A stretch of 64,000 nucleotides of DNA from Octopus sinensis (lineage: Eukaryota): the NCBI RefSeq assembly GCF_006345805.1, contig NC_043006.1, positions 4,960,001 through 5,024,000 of the forward strand, read 5' to 3'. Below are positions 52,168-64,000 of this stretch, in pieces. Position 1 is the stretch's first letter. Each line of letters starts with the position of its first letter. The translations under genes and the position numbers were made by a program. The notes beneath the pieces were generated by a model, which was given only the letters and a program-made list of their open reading frames with translations, was not told the origin of the DNA and made no database searches.

Positions 52168-52550
52168 TGTTCAAATTCCGCCGAGGTCGACTTTGCCTTT
52201 CATCCTTTCGGGGTCGATTAAATAAGTACCAGTTACGCACTGGGGTCGATCTAATCGACTTAATCCGTTTGTCTGTCCTTGTTTGTCCCCTCTGTGTTTA
52301 GCCCCTTGTGGGTAGTAAAGAAATAGGTATTTCGTCTGCCGTTACGTTGTGAGTTCAAATTCCGCCGAGGTCGACTTTGCCTTTCATCCTTTCGGGGTCG
52401 ATAAATTAAGTACCAGTTACGCACTGGGGTCGATGTAATCGACTTAATCCGTTTGTCTGTCCTTGTTTGTCCCCTCTGTGTTTAGCCCCTTGTGGGTAGT
52501 AAAGAAATAGGTATTTCGTCTGCCGTTACGTTCTGAGTTCAAATTCCGGC
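52168..52550 (+). mobile_element. SINE family C tandem multimer (2 units plus start of a third; 184-bp period)
   Basis: GAAATA|GGTATTTCG at 52324 and 52508. Confidence 0.9.
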
Positions 52551-52551
52551 C

Positions 52552-52552
52552 G

Positions 52553-52591
<39 letters not shown>

Positions 52592-52605
52592 ATATATATA
52601 TAATA

Positions 52606-52662
<57 letters not shown>

Positions 52663-52686
52663 ATATATATATATATATAATATAAA

Positions 52687-52745
<59 letters not shown>

Positions 52746-52797
52746 CTTATATATATATATAATATATATATATATATAATATATATATATATATATA

Positions 52798-52864
<67 letters not shown>
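52552..52864. repeat. (TA)n microsatellite
   Basis: Directly visible. Confidence 0.95.
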
Positions 52865-52867
<3 letters not shown>

Positions 52868-52876
52868 GCATATATA

Positions 52877-53193
52877 GTGAAGGCGCGTGGGTTAGTGGAT
52901 AGGGTATTCGGCTCGCGAGCGTAAGGTCAATTCCCGGCGACGCGTTGTGTCCTTGAGCAAGACACTTTATTTTACGTTACTTCAGTCCACTCAGCTGGCA
53001 AAAATGAGTTGTACCTGTATTTTAAAGGGCCAGCCTTGTCACACTCTGTGTCACGCTGAATATCCCTGAGAACTGCGTTAAGGGTACACGTGCTTGTGGA
53101 ATGCTCAACCACTTGCACGTTAATTTCATGAGCAGGCTGTTCCGTTGACCGTATCAGGTGGTACCCTCGTCGTCGTAACCGACGGAGTGCTCC
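52877..53193 (+). mobile_element. CORE-type SINE head joined to the family A 3' tail
   Basis: Head and CORE resemble 50443; the tail from TTGTACCTGTATT onward matches the 4157 and 57836 tails. Confidence 0.8.
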
Positions 53194-53299
53194 TTTTTTT
53201 AAATATGTATAAATACATATATGCATATATATACATGTGTATATATAGAATAACTTAGAAAGGTTTTGGCCAGTATTGGCCCAGGCCATGTCTAACTTA

Positions 53300-53462
53300 A
53301 TAGCACCACCTGGCGAAGTCTTTCAGTTCAGGATTTGGGCACCAAGGCCCATTCGAGCAGAGAGTTATTGTTTGCGGAGACATATCCGGGTGTGGGTGGT
53401 TTGTCCGGTACTGTTTGAAGGAATTTGTCCAAAGACTTCTTGAATTTTGTGTGGTCAGTTTC
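53300..53462 (-). mobile_element. CR1/L2-group LINE extreme 3' end
   Basis: FKKSLDKFLQTVPDKPPTP..ANNNSLLEW. Confidence 0.7.
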
Positions 53463-53549
53463 TTTTTTGACGTTATAATAATATCATTATTATATTATAT
53501 ATATATATATATTATATGTATATACATGTACACACGTACACACACATAC

Positions 53550-53633
<84 letters not shown>

Positions 53634-55711
53634 GAAAACAGAAGAATTTGCAACAGCATCTCTCCAGGAATCGAACTGTAAATCTTTCCTAAATGACGCT
53701 AGGTGTTTTCTACTTCCCCTCCAGTCACATTCAATTTATTCGGTTACTTCGTTTACTCATTTATTTAGTTGCTTACATAAAGTTAGTCACCAATTTCCCA
53801 TTTTATTATTCAAGTAATATGTAGTTCGTTCATTCAGTTCCCTCACCGCTACCACTCAGTCTTTGTCGCATTTTCTGTATATCTAACGATCTATTTGTTA
53901 CATATACTTACACGCACACACATGAAGTCACACGCATACATGAAAACATACTCTCACATACATTCAAACCCATAAATGTGTATGTCTCCGTATATCTTTG
54001 TTTGTTTGTATTTGTGTGTGTATGTGTCTGAGTGTGTGTGTAAATCTATTTATGTAAGTGTAAATATCTTTTTTTTTTTTTGTATTTTCCTTCCTGTTCT
54101 AAAATTTTTACTTTCTCTTTTCGTTTTTGTTCCATTCTCCCGTGTAAGTTCGTCTATTCCGTCAGCTGTTGTTTGCTTTTCCTTGACACTGATGACTGCG
54201 CCACCTGCTGAGGTTGTCAACAACTAATTTCTTCTGTACTCAGATTGATGCATCTGACTAAGAAAGATAACAGCCTGCTTACATTGTCTTTCACTATGCT
54301 CGATTTACTAAGCTGGTTTATAGTTACTTCGGACCATCGCCTAGTTTAGTATATAATTCATTGTAAACCCTTCACCAATACCACTCGGTATATTTTTCAC
54401 ACTATATATTTTCAAACTATATTAGTTCATTTTGCTGTAATGGATCTAAGCTTTGTAAACACAGTATACTTTCACTAACGAGCAATGCATACGACAATAA
54501 TTTTTGCTCAAGTACAAGAGTATAAAAGCTGTGGCAAACCGAGTTGTATGACATACGTATCTCCCTCAACATTGTTTGAGACACTGGAACGTCAACAGAA
54601 TCTACATCACCACTTTGGAAGGGTTTGAAAATACAAATGGTATTATTCTTCTATAAAAGGACTAAAATATGAGAAACAATATAAACGAAGAGACTAGAAT
54701 TTGTTTATTGAAAATTGAAATTTGCAAAAAAAAAAAAAATTGGCTCGTAGACTGAAACCGCAAGCTCACTTTGCAGAACAAATTTGCTTGTTTCTTATAT
54801 TTGGCCTCATATAAATATTACTTATTTGCTGTTCAATCAGAAACAGCAAAATGACTGATAGTTTCGACCCCGTGACGATTTATTCCCCCAGCATCGTGCA
54901 TAAGATAGCAGTATTTTACAAGATCTGTGAAATTGTTCATACAACCTTCTCTGTAAAAATTAACATTGTGCCTTGTAAATATATCGGTGTTTATATTTGT
55001 ATAAAATCTCATTTGATGAAATATAACAGTTGAACAGGTAAAGTCCCCGGATCTCTTCCGTTAAGGTTCACATATTGTTTTGTGTCCTTGAATACTTTCC
55101 AAACATTTCATACCTCATTAAGGAAGCATTATTAGCTTTCCAGTAAATAGATTTATTTTTGACAACTAAAATCTAGCAAATTCTCGAAAGCATAAATTTC
55201 TTTTATAAGTATTAGTAAAGGTATTAATATATGTAGTCGGATTATGTGATGTCATAAGAAACTAAAAAGTACTTACATCATGCAATTTATAAAAATTACT
55301 ACGAAATGAAAGTGGAGCTTTTTTCTTTTTTTTTTTTTTAACAGTTACATTAATACTGTTGCAGAACGAAAGTGTCAGTTTGATAATTTCGCGTAAAATT
55401 TAAAGCTTTTATTGAATTAGCACATGATTAATGATTTAGCTGCCGAGTGTTTTTAATTTGAACACTGGATATACTTGAATGTTTTGGAGTGTTAGGGTCT
55501 GGGGATAAAAATAGTGTAAATAGAAGTGAATTGCTTTTTTCAAAATTTATTTTGAGGCGTTGCAGGAGTAGATTCAAATTTTCATCATGGTAGAAGGATC
55601 ACTTATTAGTACAAACTCACAGAATATACCATCTCGTACAACAATGATTTTATTATGGTCGAAATCACATCATTATACTTAAGAATCACCTTTTTTATTA
55701 ATGATACAAAT

Positions 55712-55927
55712 TACGTCGTTGTCGTCATACATTGTACGCCTGCAGCTCATTGGTCACACGAAGGTCTTCCCGATTACGTGCGAGTTCCCCTGCTGCCTTG
55801 TCACATTTGTCCAACCAGCTCTTGATACTGCTCATCCATTGCGTTCTTTGCCTGCTTCTTGATCTACGACTCTCTACTCTTCCTTCCATGATAATATTTT
55901 CCAGACCTCTGATTCTTCGAATGTGCT
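55712..55927 (-). mobile_element. RTE-type LINE 3' end
   Basis: HIRRIRGLENIIMEGRVESRRSRSRQRTQWMSSIKSW. Confidence 0.75.
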
Positions 55928-55944
55928 AACCCTTATTCGAGGTT

Positions 55945-56180
55945 AGGCAGCGAACTGGCAGAAACGTTAGCGCGCCGGGCGAAATGCTTAGCGGTATTTC
56001 ATCTGCCGTTACGTTCTGAGTTCAAATTCCGCCGAAGTCGACTTTGCCTTTCATCCTTTCGGGGTCGATAAATAAAGTACCAGTTTCACACTGGGGTCGA
56101 TGTAATCGACTTAATCCGTTTGTCTGTCCTTGTTTGTCCCCTCTATGTTTAGCCCCTTGTGGGTAGTAAAGAAATATATA
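55945..56180 (+). mobile_element. SINE family C, full length, 19-bp TSD
   Basis: CTAACCCTTATTCGAGGTT at 55926-55944 and 56181-56199. Confidence 0.92.
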
Positions 56181-57526
56181 CTAACCCTTATTCGAGGTTG
56201 CAATTTGGGTGGGTAAGTCATTACTCGAAGTTAAAAACACAAATATCTGGCACCAAAATAAATTATTATACTATTTACATTATATTTAAGAAAACGAATT
56301 ATATTTAAACTTAAGAACAGCTCAGAAAATGGAAAAATATTTCAATGAAATAATGACTTCAATATTAGGTTTAGACCTCTGGATGTATTTAAGGTAGAAT
56401 TAGAAAAACAAACGAAAAAAATTGCGGCCACTATAGAGCGATTTCTTCATGGAATAATTGGTCAGGGACCAGTTTATAGTGTCGACGATGTCTTTGAATT
56501 CCCATTCTAATCAGAATAAGACTAATAAAAATCTATCATGCTAGTTAAAAGTACATTTATATAGACCCCTTGAAATAGCAAAAATAGATGCTATTTTCCC
56601 GATGGTTTTATGTACTGCATGAATGCCAGTACAGTATAATCCTTTTCTTTATGAGTGGGAGCCTTTATGGTCCCAAACGTGGACATACATAGATCAGAAA
56701 GATACCTAGTTAACATTCTCAGATCAATTTATTTATATGCTTATTTATTTTGATTCAATAAATTGCATATAAATTTCGCTTCCATTTATTTATCTGGTGA
56801 CAGTGTGCATTTATAGACACTTCGAGACAATTTTTGCGGGTACCTTAAGAAAATCTTTGATGGATGAACTATATCACTAATGATCGACAGTGCAATAGCA
56901 TGTACCATACGATGGTAAACCAAATATAGCATTTTTACTGTTTCTCTATCATTTCAGCATTGGTATATACATTTTCTACATTATTATATACGTATTTTAG
57001 TTTTGTATATTTATATTCTACCGAGGTACATAGATAACACATTGTCAGACCCAGTTATAAATTACAAAGGAAAATTTACCTGCGGTTACATTCGGTATCA
57101 ATTTTGAATAGTACCAAAATGTTTCTACATCGACAAAATATAACTAATACCTGTTGTATGTAAGATTCCTATATCGTTGTGGGTCGGGTCTAAAATGAAA
57201 TTAGTTTGTTGGCATTTTAACTGGATTTTTTTTTATTGGCATATATTCGCTGAACTGACAAAAGTAATTTAATAAAAACCGAAAGAACAACATTAGGAAA
57301 CGAACGGAAACCTAATATTTTTCATTAAAAAAAATAGTTACGTCGAGTAGGCTGTCAACCGGATCATTTTAGGATAGAAATATGTGGGGTTTTTTTTTGT
57401 ATAAATTTATATATTATGATTAGATGTAATACAGATCAATAAAAGTTCAATTTCTGATTAATTTTTCTTTGGAAGTAAATGTGATTTCTTGCTACTGAAA
57501 TTATTTTAGACTAAGTTCTCTTGTTT

Positions 57527-57595
<69 letters not shown>

Positions 57596-57596
<1 letters not shown>

Positions 57597-57776
57597 CCAC
57601 TACACACATTTTTTTCTTTCCTTGTTTCTCTCCTTGTTTTTTCTGTGTCCCTTTCTGTAGGAGAGCGTAGGCTCGAAACGTAAAAGACTTTTTCTATTCC
57701 TGAGCGTTATACTAATACATCTGTTTGTTTTGTACACCACCTGTCTTCGTCTTTTGTTTTTTTCGTAAACTCTCCC

Positions 57777-57780
<4 letters not shown>
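57596..57780 (+). mobile_element. PLE-tail-like repeat with variant hammerhead (57651-57686)
   Basis: CTTT-CTGTAGG-AGAGCgtagGCTC-GAAAC-GTA-AAAG; between (TA)n tracts. Confidence 0.65.
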
Positions 57781-57835
<55 letters not shown>

Positions 57836-57839
<4 letters not shown>

Positions 57840-58211
57840 CACAATGGCCCAGTGGTTAGGGCAGCGGACTCGCGGTCGTAGGATCGCGGGTTCGATTCCC
57901 AGACCGGGCGTTGTGAGTGTTTATTGAGCGAAAACACCTAAAGCTTCACGAGGCTCCTGCAGGGGGGGAGTTAACCCTGCTGTACTCTTTCACCACAACT
58001 TTCTCTCATTCTTTCTTCCTGTTTCTGTTGTACCTGTATTTCAAAGGGCCAGCCTTGTCACACTCTGTGTCACGCTGAATCTCCTCGAGAACTACGTTAA
58101 GGGTACACGTGTCTGTGGAGTGCTCAGCCACTTGCACGTTAATTCTACGAGCAAGCTGTTCCGTTGATCGTATCAGCTGGGACCCTCATCGTCGTAACCG
58201 ACGGAGTGCTC

Positions 58212-58212
<1 letters not shown>
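57836..58212 (+). mobile_element. SINE family A, full length
   Basis: A-box TGGCCCAGTGG, B-box GGTTCGATTCC. Confidence 0.9.
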
Positions 58213-58254
<42 letters not shown>

Positions 58255-58774
58255 TTTTTCTTATTTTACCTGAAGACATTGATAAAACAAAAGACATATT
58301 TTCTTACGGGAAAAGATTAAAATAATTGTTCAATAGACGTGAACGTTTTCAGCTGGTAGAATATATTTACTACATGATAGTTGAAATGTAATTAAGACCA
58401 GCATTTATATAATATAAGGTAATATATAATTCGCTTAATGCTTTCTATGGTAATCGATAATTAATTCATGAAGGTGTATAAATGACGCAATAAACAAATA
58501 GTTTTCGATGCTCAAATTAGTTTCTTGGAAATATGTAAGAAATTTAGTGGCTGTGGGAGTGGACGAGTGTTACTCAAAACAAAGTCCTTGCTACAATTGA
58601 GCAAGGTAACACAGGTAGGTCAGAGGCATGACCTTAGATAATTCAGGTGTGTGGCACTGTATTAAATATCATACGTAAAATATTTCTTAATCGAAATGTG
58701 TGTGTACTCCATTTTACATTTCTTCCTTCCTTAGTTATTTTATGTCACAGTTTCACTTCAGCTGACTTCAAAAT

Positions 58775-59152
58775 CAAAGATCAAAATCAAAATCGTTCAA
58801 CATCAATGGAAATTGTAGCCGTGATACCAGTGCCGGTGGCACATAAGAGAACCATCCGTATGTGGCCGTTGTCAGCGCCGCCCCGACTGGCCTCCGTGCC
58901 GGTGGCACGTAAAAAGCACCATCCGATCGTGGCCGTTTGCCAGCCTCGTCTGGCACCTGTGCAGGTGGCACGTAAAAGGCACCCACTACACCCACGGAGT
59001 GGTTGGCGTTAGGAAGGGCATCCAGCTGTAGAAACACTGCCAGATCAGACTGGGCCTGGCGCAGCCTTCTGGCTTCCCAGACCCCAGTTGAACAGTCCAA
59101 CCCATGCTAGCATGGAAAACGGACGTTAAACGATGATGATGATGATGATGAT
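58775..59152 (+). mobile_element. Headless SINE-like repeat with three GGTGGCAC(G/A)TAA subrepeats and a (GAT)n tail
   Basis: Internal subrepeats, AGGAAGGGCATCCAGCTGTAGAAAC segment, (GAT)n end. Confidence 0.7.
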
Positions 59153-59254
59153 GTAAGTTAATACGCGTTAAAACTATTCGTAACATTTTTTTTTGTACTT
59201 GTAAAAAATTGTGCGTTCACTGAGGAAAGTAGGTTTGAAAAAGCTGGTCTTCAC

Positions 59255-59291
<37 letters not shown>

Positions 59292-59423
59292 CCCCTCTAT
59301 TATAGACACAAGGTCTGAAATTTTGGGAGTAGGGACTAGTCAATTACATCGACCCCAGTGTTTCACTGGTACTTAATTTATCGACTCCGAAAGGATGGAA
59401 AGCAAAGTCAACCTCTGTGGAAT
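59292..59423 (-). mobile_element. SINE family D 3' fragment within (AAT)n
   Basis: Matches the C/D body. Confidence 0.7.
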
Positions 59424-59486
59424 AATAATAATAATGATAATAATCATAATAATAATAATAATAATAATGATAATAATCATATTAAA

Positions 59487-59540
<54 letters not shown>

Positions 59541-59544
<4 letters not shown>

Positions 59545-60044
59545 GCCCTGATGCAGCTTTTGGTCTTAACTCATTGGGAATGTTATCATGTACATTGTTT
59601 TGTCTTCGTATAAAATCGGGCTACAGCAAATATTCTGCTCAATACCACAGATTTGCTTGTCAGTTGTTTGACCTTAACCAGTTGAGCATGTCCCTTAGTG
59701 GCTGACGATATGTGCATCTCGGATCACAAGCAAAAGTAATGGGAGAGCATCATAGCTATATGTTGAGAGGAATTTTGAGGGGTTTGAATAATTCACCTCT
59801 GGAAACATAGGTGTTTCATTCAGCATCCTTAACCTTTATTTAGGGACTTTTTGAGCAGGATAGGCTACTTGACCTGAAGAATATTCTAACTAGGCCTTTC
59901 CTGCAAGGTCATGCGCTGTTTATCATGATATGAGATCACCATGTTGCGCACATATGGTTGTGATGCATGTGCATGGTATATCTTTATCAGACGGGTATAT
60001 TTTATCCTAGTGTTGCTTTGATGGTATGCACTGCTCTCTCACTC
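59541..60044. mobile_element. (AAT)n-flanked repeat family E, older copy
   Basis: Same termini as 35915-36475. Confidence 0.85.
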
Positions 60045-61876
60045 AATAATAATGAGAATCGTTGTAAATTTTGTCTATTTTTAGCTTTTATATGATACAC
60101 TTTCAAAGAATATCGTCTAACATATGTGCAAAGCCCATTATGTTTATGAGCAATTTTATTTTCTAAGAAAAAAGATGTATTTATTAATAACACTGTAAGG
60201 GAACTAATTTTTTGAATCTTTGAGAATTTACCCGTGCTCTGTGGAGTTTTCCTTACTACCTCAACATACGTAACTGATAAAATTAATGAAGATATTTGAT
60301 AATTTTTCGTGGTCAAGGATAGAATCCGATAGAGAACATTTGTTGTGTGTGTATGCGTGTGTGAAGGATTGAGAAATATTTTGAGAAGTCTCGGTGTCGT
60401 AAGCATGGTTGAAGGAAAAAAAGGTAAGTGGTACGACGAAGTCGAGGTAAACATAAGTAGTTTAAATGACCAGAGAATGAAAGTAACTGCATCAGAAAGA
60501 GGCATTTGTTTATGAACTAGTAGTAGTTGTGAATTTTGTTTGTTATTGTCGTTTAGTCACGAGACATCCAATGCTTTTTTCAAGAAGGTAATGACAATCA
60601 TTTCTAGCTGGCTGAGCTATCACGTACTTGCTCCATTACTGGCTCAAACGTAAGTGCTTATAGTATCTGGGACTTTCCAAGTGGTCAGTCAGCCAAACAT
60701 TAATCAGGTTAACTTCTTTGATCGAAGGCGACACTTTATTTTCAGAGCAATATAACCGTGAATCGTTTCTCGTCAGTCAAATAGCTTTCTTTTGACGGGA
60801 TATGAGATTATGGCATGCGTGGACGCAGCACGGTCTCATACAAGCAAGCAATATTCCAACGTGGGCTTTTGATATTTCGAGGACATTTAGTATCTGATTA
60901 GGGCTGAATGCTCTAAAAGGTAACCTTAATCTGTGTGGTGCAGTTTCTGAAACTCTCTCAACATGAGAGATCATGTGAAATTGTAATAACTAGCATGCGT
61001 AAAAGATGTTTTGTTTAAGGTTTCAGTCAGTGTAAAGTTTCAGTCATTGTATGGGTAACATAAAATCATTTTTGCACGACATCTGTATAAAGGAAGTTAA
61101 GAAATAAACCGTCATATAATAAATATAGGAATGTATACTAAGAGAATATAGGAATTGTGTGGGAGACAATAACAAACACGAAGTACACTATGGTATTAGT
61201 TCACAAACTGACAAATACCACCCATAGCCACAAAAGATAATTAGGGAATTTTTGGCCCTTCCCTCATCTTTATTAACGAGAAAATAAGATCGAGTTTGTA
61301 TCCATTCTCCTTTCTCTGTCATGATGTTCAACAAGTTTAAAAAGTTTAAAACGATCTCAATTTCATTAAACATGACTACATTTTCGTCTCCTTATAATCT
61401 ATACAGCCTCCCCCTCCCAGATGGGCTCTACCCTACCTCTATGAGAAACGCTATATTGGGTTATGCAGAATGCGAGTCGAAGATAGCGCTGTTGATTCGA
61501 TTTACAGTGATATGAATATCGAAGGTGGTAGACATAGCTAGAAAAGTATCAAATCAGACACAATTGACGGCATTGCCACGACAAATATAACAAGATTTCT
61601 TTCTCGGAAATCCTTATGAGTGAAGAGCTACTGGTGTATTACATAGTTGAGTTATTAATAACTAAATATAGTTTTATAAAGGTTATACTGTTCGTTATTG
61701 AAGAAGGAGTGAGATTGAAGGATGTGACGTGTGATGAAGTGATTGCTAACTATTTCTATCGTCAGCGAGCTTTTAGGGATGGGACATATTGTAGATTAAT
61801 TTAAAATATTAGGAATGTATCGTGGAAAAAATCCCGATAGATAAATAGCTATACAAATAGGTATAGAAGGAGCTGA

Positions 61877-61921
<45 letters not shown>

Positions 61922-61984
61922 GAGTGTAGTTCAACACGGAAGGGAGCTAGATCTAAAGTGAACTGCTTGAGAGTGATGAAGGGA

Positions 61985-62140
61985 TGCCTTCAAGACCAGT
62001 CATCTTACTGAGTTGCAGACACTGGAAGACTTTCAACACTCGGTGGCCGAGCGTGCGTTTCGGAAAGCTTGACAAAGCGCTGAATTATGCCGATCATGAG
62101 AATTCTGGACTCAGCGAAGCAAATATCACTATAGTCTTAG
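61985..62140 (+). mobile_element. Possible RTE-X-like LINE linker fragment
   Basis: AFKTSHLTELQTLEDFQHSVAERAFRKA*QSA; weak resemblance only. Confidence 0.35.
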
Positions 62141-62424
62141 TGTATTGGCCTGATGAGAAAATAATGTTTTATACAGTATTTGCAGAAGAGAAACAAGGAA
62201 CGTATTTTAAAATAAAGGAAGGAAAGAAAAATAACCTGAGAACAATTTACAGAAATACAAACCCCTAGTTTATATAGCTCAGTACTTGATATAATTTCTC
62301 CAATATCGTTAAGGCTGCTTTTGAAGAATATGTTACAGTAATTTGTGATTAAGTCCTGTGCCTGAATCTGTATTGCCTTCTCTTTTAAATTCGAAATTGA
62401 TGAATCATTTTTTTTTTTTCTGAA

Positions 62425-62585
62425 CAGGAGTGGCTGTGTGGTAAGTAGCTTGTTTACCAACCACATGGTTCCGGGTTCTGTCCTACTGCGTGGCACCTTG
62501 GGCAAGTGTCTTCTACTATAGCCTCGGGCCGACCAAAGCCTTGTGAGTGGATTTGGTAGACGGAAACTGAAAGAAGCCCATCGTA

Positions 62586-62629
<44 letters not shown>

Positions 62630-62853
62630 TGTGTGGGTTTGTGTGTCTGTGTTTGTCCCCCTAGCATTGCTTGACGACCGATGGTGGTGTGTTTATGTCC
62701 CCGTTACTTAGCGGTTCGACAAAAGAGACCGATAGAATAAGTACTGGGCTTACAAAAGAATAAGTCCCGGGGTCGAGTTGCTCGATTAAAGGCGGTGCTC
62801 CAGCATGGCCGCAGTCAAATGACTGAAACAAGTAAAAGAGAGAGTAAAGAGAG
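62425..62853 (+). mobile_element. SINE family B, full length
   Basis: Complete head, CORE-like segment, internal TA tract, tail. Confidence 0.9.
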
Positions 62854-64000
62854 AATTTGTTAAAACCAACCTAATTGCGATGTTAAAGTTATTAAACCTC
62901 TCATAACATATTTAGTGTATTTGGCTGGTCCACTTGATTAAAAAGATGTCAACTTATTCTAATTGCACCAAGAAAGTTTTTTAATCCTGTTTGCTCTCTC
63001 ACGTTTAACTTTAACCCTTATGACCCCCGTTGTCACATAAAGAGATGAAATATATATGCATTGCTTTAATAATTAACGGTTTGAGATTTTTGGCTTAATT
63101 ACTCTTCTAACCATGACGCCTCAAACGTGAAATAGACACGAGTGGAGTTGGGCAAATCTTAAATGTACACACACACACAAACACATACACACACAACTTT
63201 CTATGTATATTTGTATATGTGAAAACCAAACACGCATATATAAGTTGACAATAAACTCGCTATGAATAAATGTATATACATGACACCACAAAGACACATA
63301 CATTTTTATAAACACATGTGTGTGTACATAACGCACACACACACACACAAGTATACATATATGTATACATACATATATATAGATAGATATATATGCCGAA
63401 ATACATACACACACACTCGCACACACACATGAAATTGCTTTCTTGATGTTTCCGAAATAAGTTAGCGTGGCTACTTAATTTGAAATCGCGGTAGTGACTG
63501 AGAGTTGAATACTTTAATGTAGCGTATCAAAATCATAATATAAAGTCTTTTGGCTTCCAAATCAACTCGCCAGTTGCAATAAAGGCTGTTATAGGAAAAC
63601 GTTTTAACCTTTGTGAAGGACTATTTTAGAATGTTGTAATCTTAAGAAGTTACTAAAGACTGCCACCCACTTAAGATGGAGTCAAACTGATTTTCCAAGC
63701 AGACATACAGTCGCCATTTTAATTCCAGTATGACTTCCCAATTTTTTCATACACTTAATACTAAATACAACCATACATACACACATGCATATAAACACAC
63801 ACATAAACTCTTCTCTCTCACTCTCTCACAAAGACAGACAGACAGACACTCACACACGCTTAAACACACCATACATACATGTACAAACACCAACTCTTTT
63901 TGACTTATATTTAAGAAGGCAATAGTTAAAGTTGCACGCGAATTAATCAAAGATATTTAAAAAGTGTGATTTTCTTTTTTACACATTTAATTCAATCACA

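Overview
AT-rich, microsatellite-dense eukaryotic non-coding DNA. The repeat landscape suggests an octopod cephalopod (inference, not verified). I can support no intact host CDS; nearly all ORFs in the supplied track are microsatellite or decayed-transposon artefacts. The window holds many tRNA-derived SINEs (several families, some multimeric), decayed RTE and CR1/L2-group LINE ends, Tc1/mariner remnants and MITEs, a possible non-autonomous Helitron, an element found only inside (AAT)n, and at least five Penelope-like element (PLE) coding remnants. The main discovery is at 1190-3093: about 3.9 tandem copies of a ~487-nt ORF-less unit embedded in (TA)n. Each copy carries a type I hammerhead ribozyme motif on the minus strand (8-bp helix I, CUGAUGA/GAAA core, GUA cleavage triplet, long structured helix II insert), and the rest of the unit forms many hairpins. 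This is the architecture of a retrozyme / self-cleaving circRNA-producing array. Several other, unrelated hammerhead-bearing PLE-type modules lie in (TA)n tracts across the window, often as head-to-head palindromes. Family labels A-E for SINE-like repeats are my own working labels.
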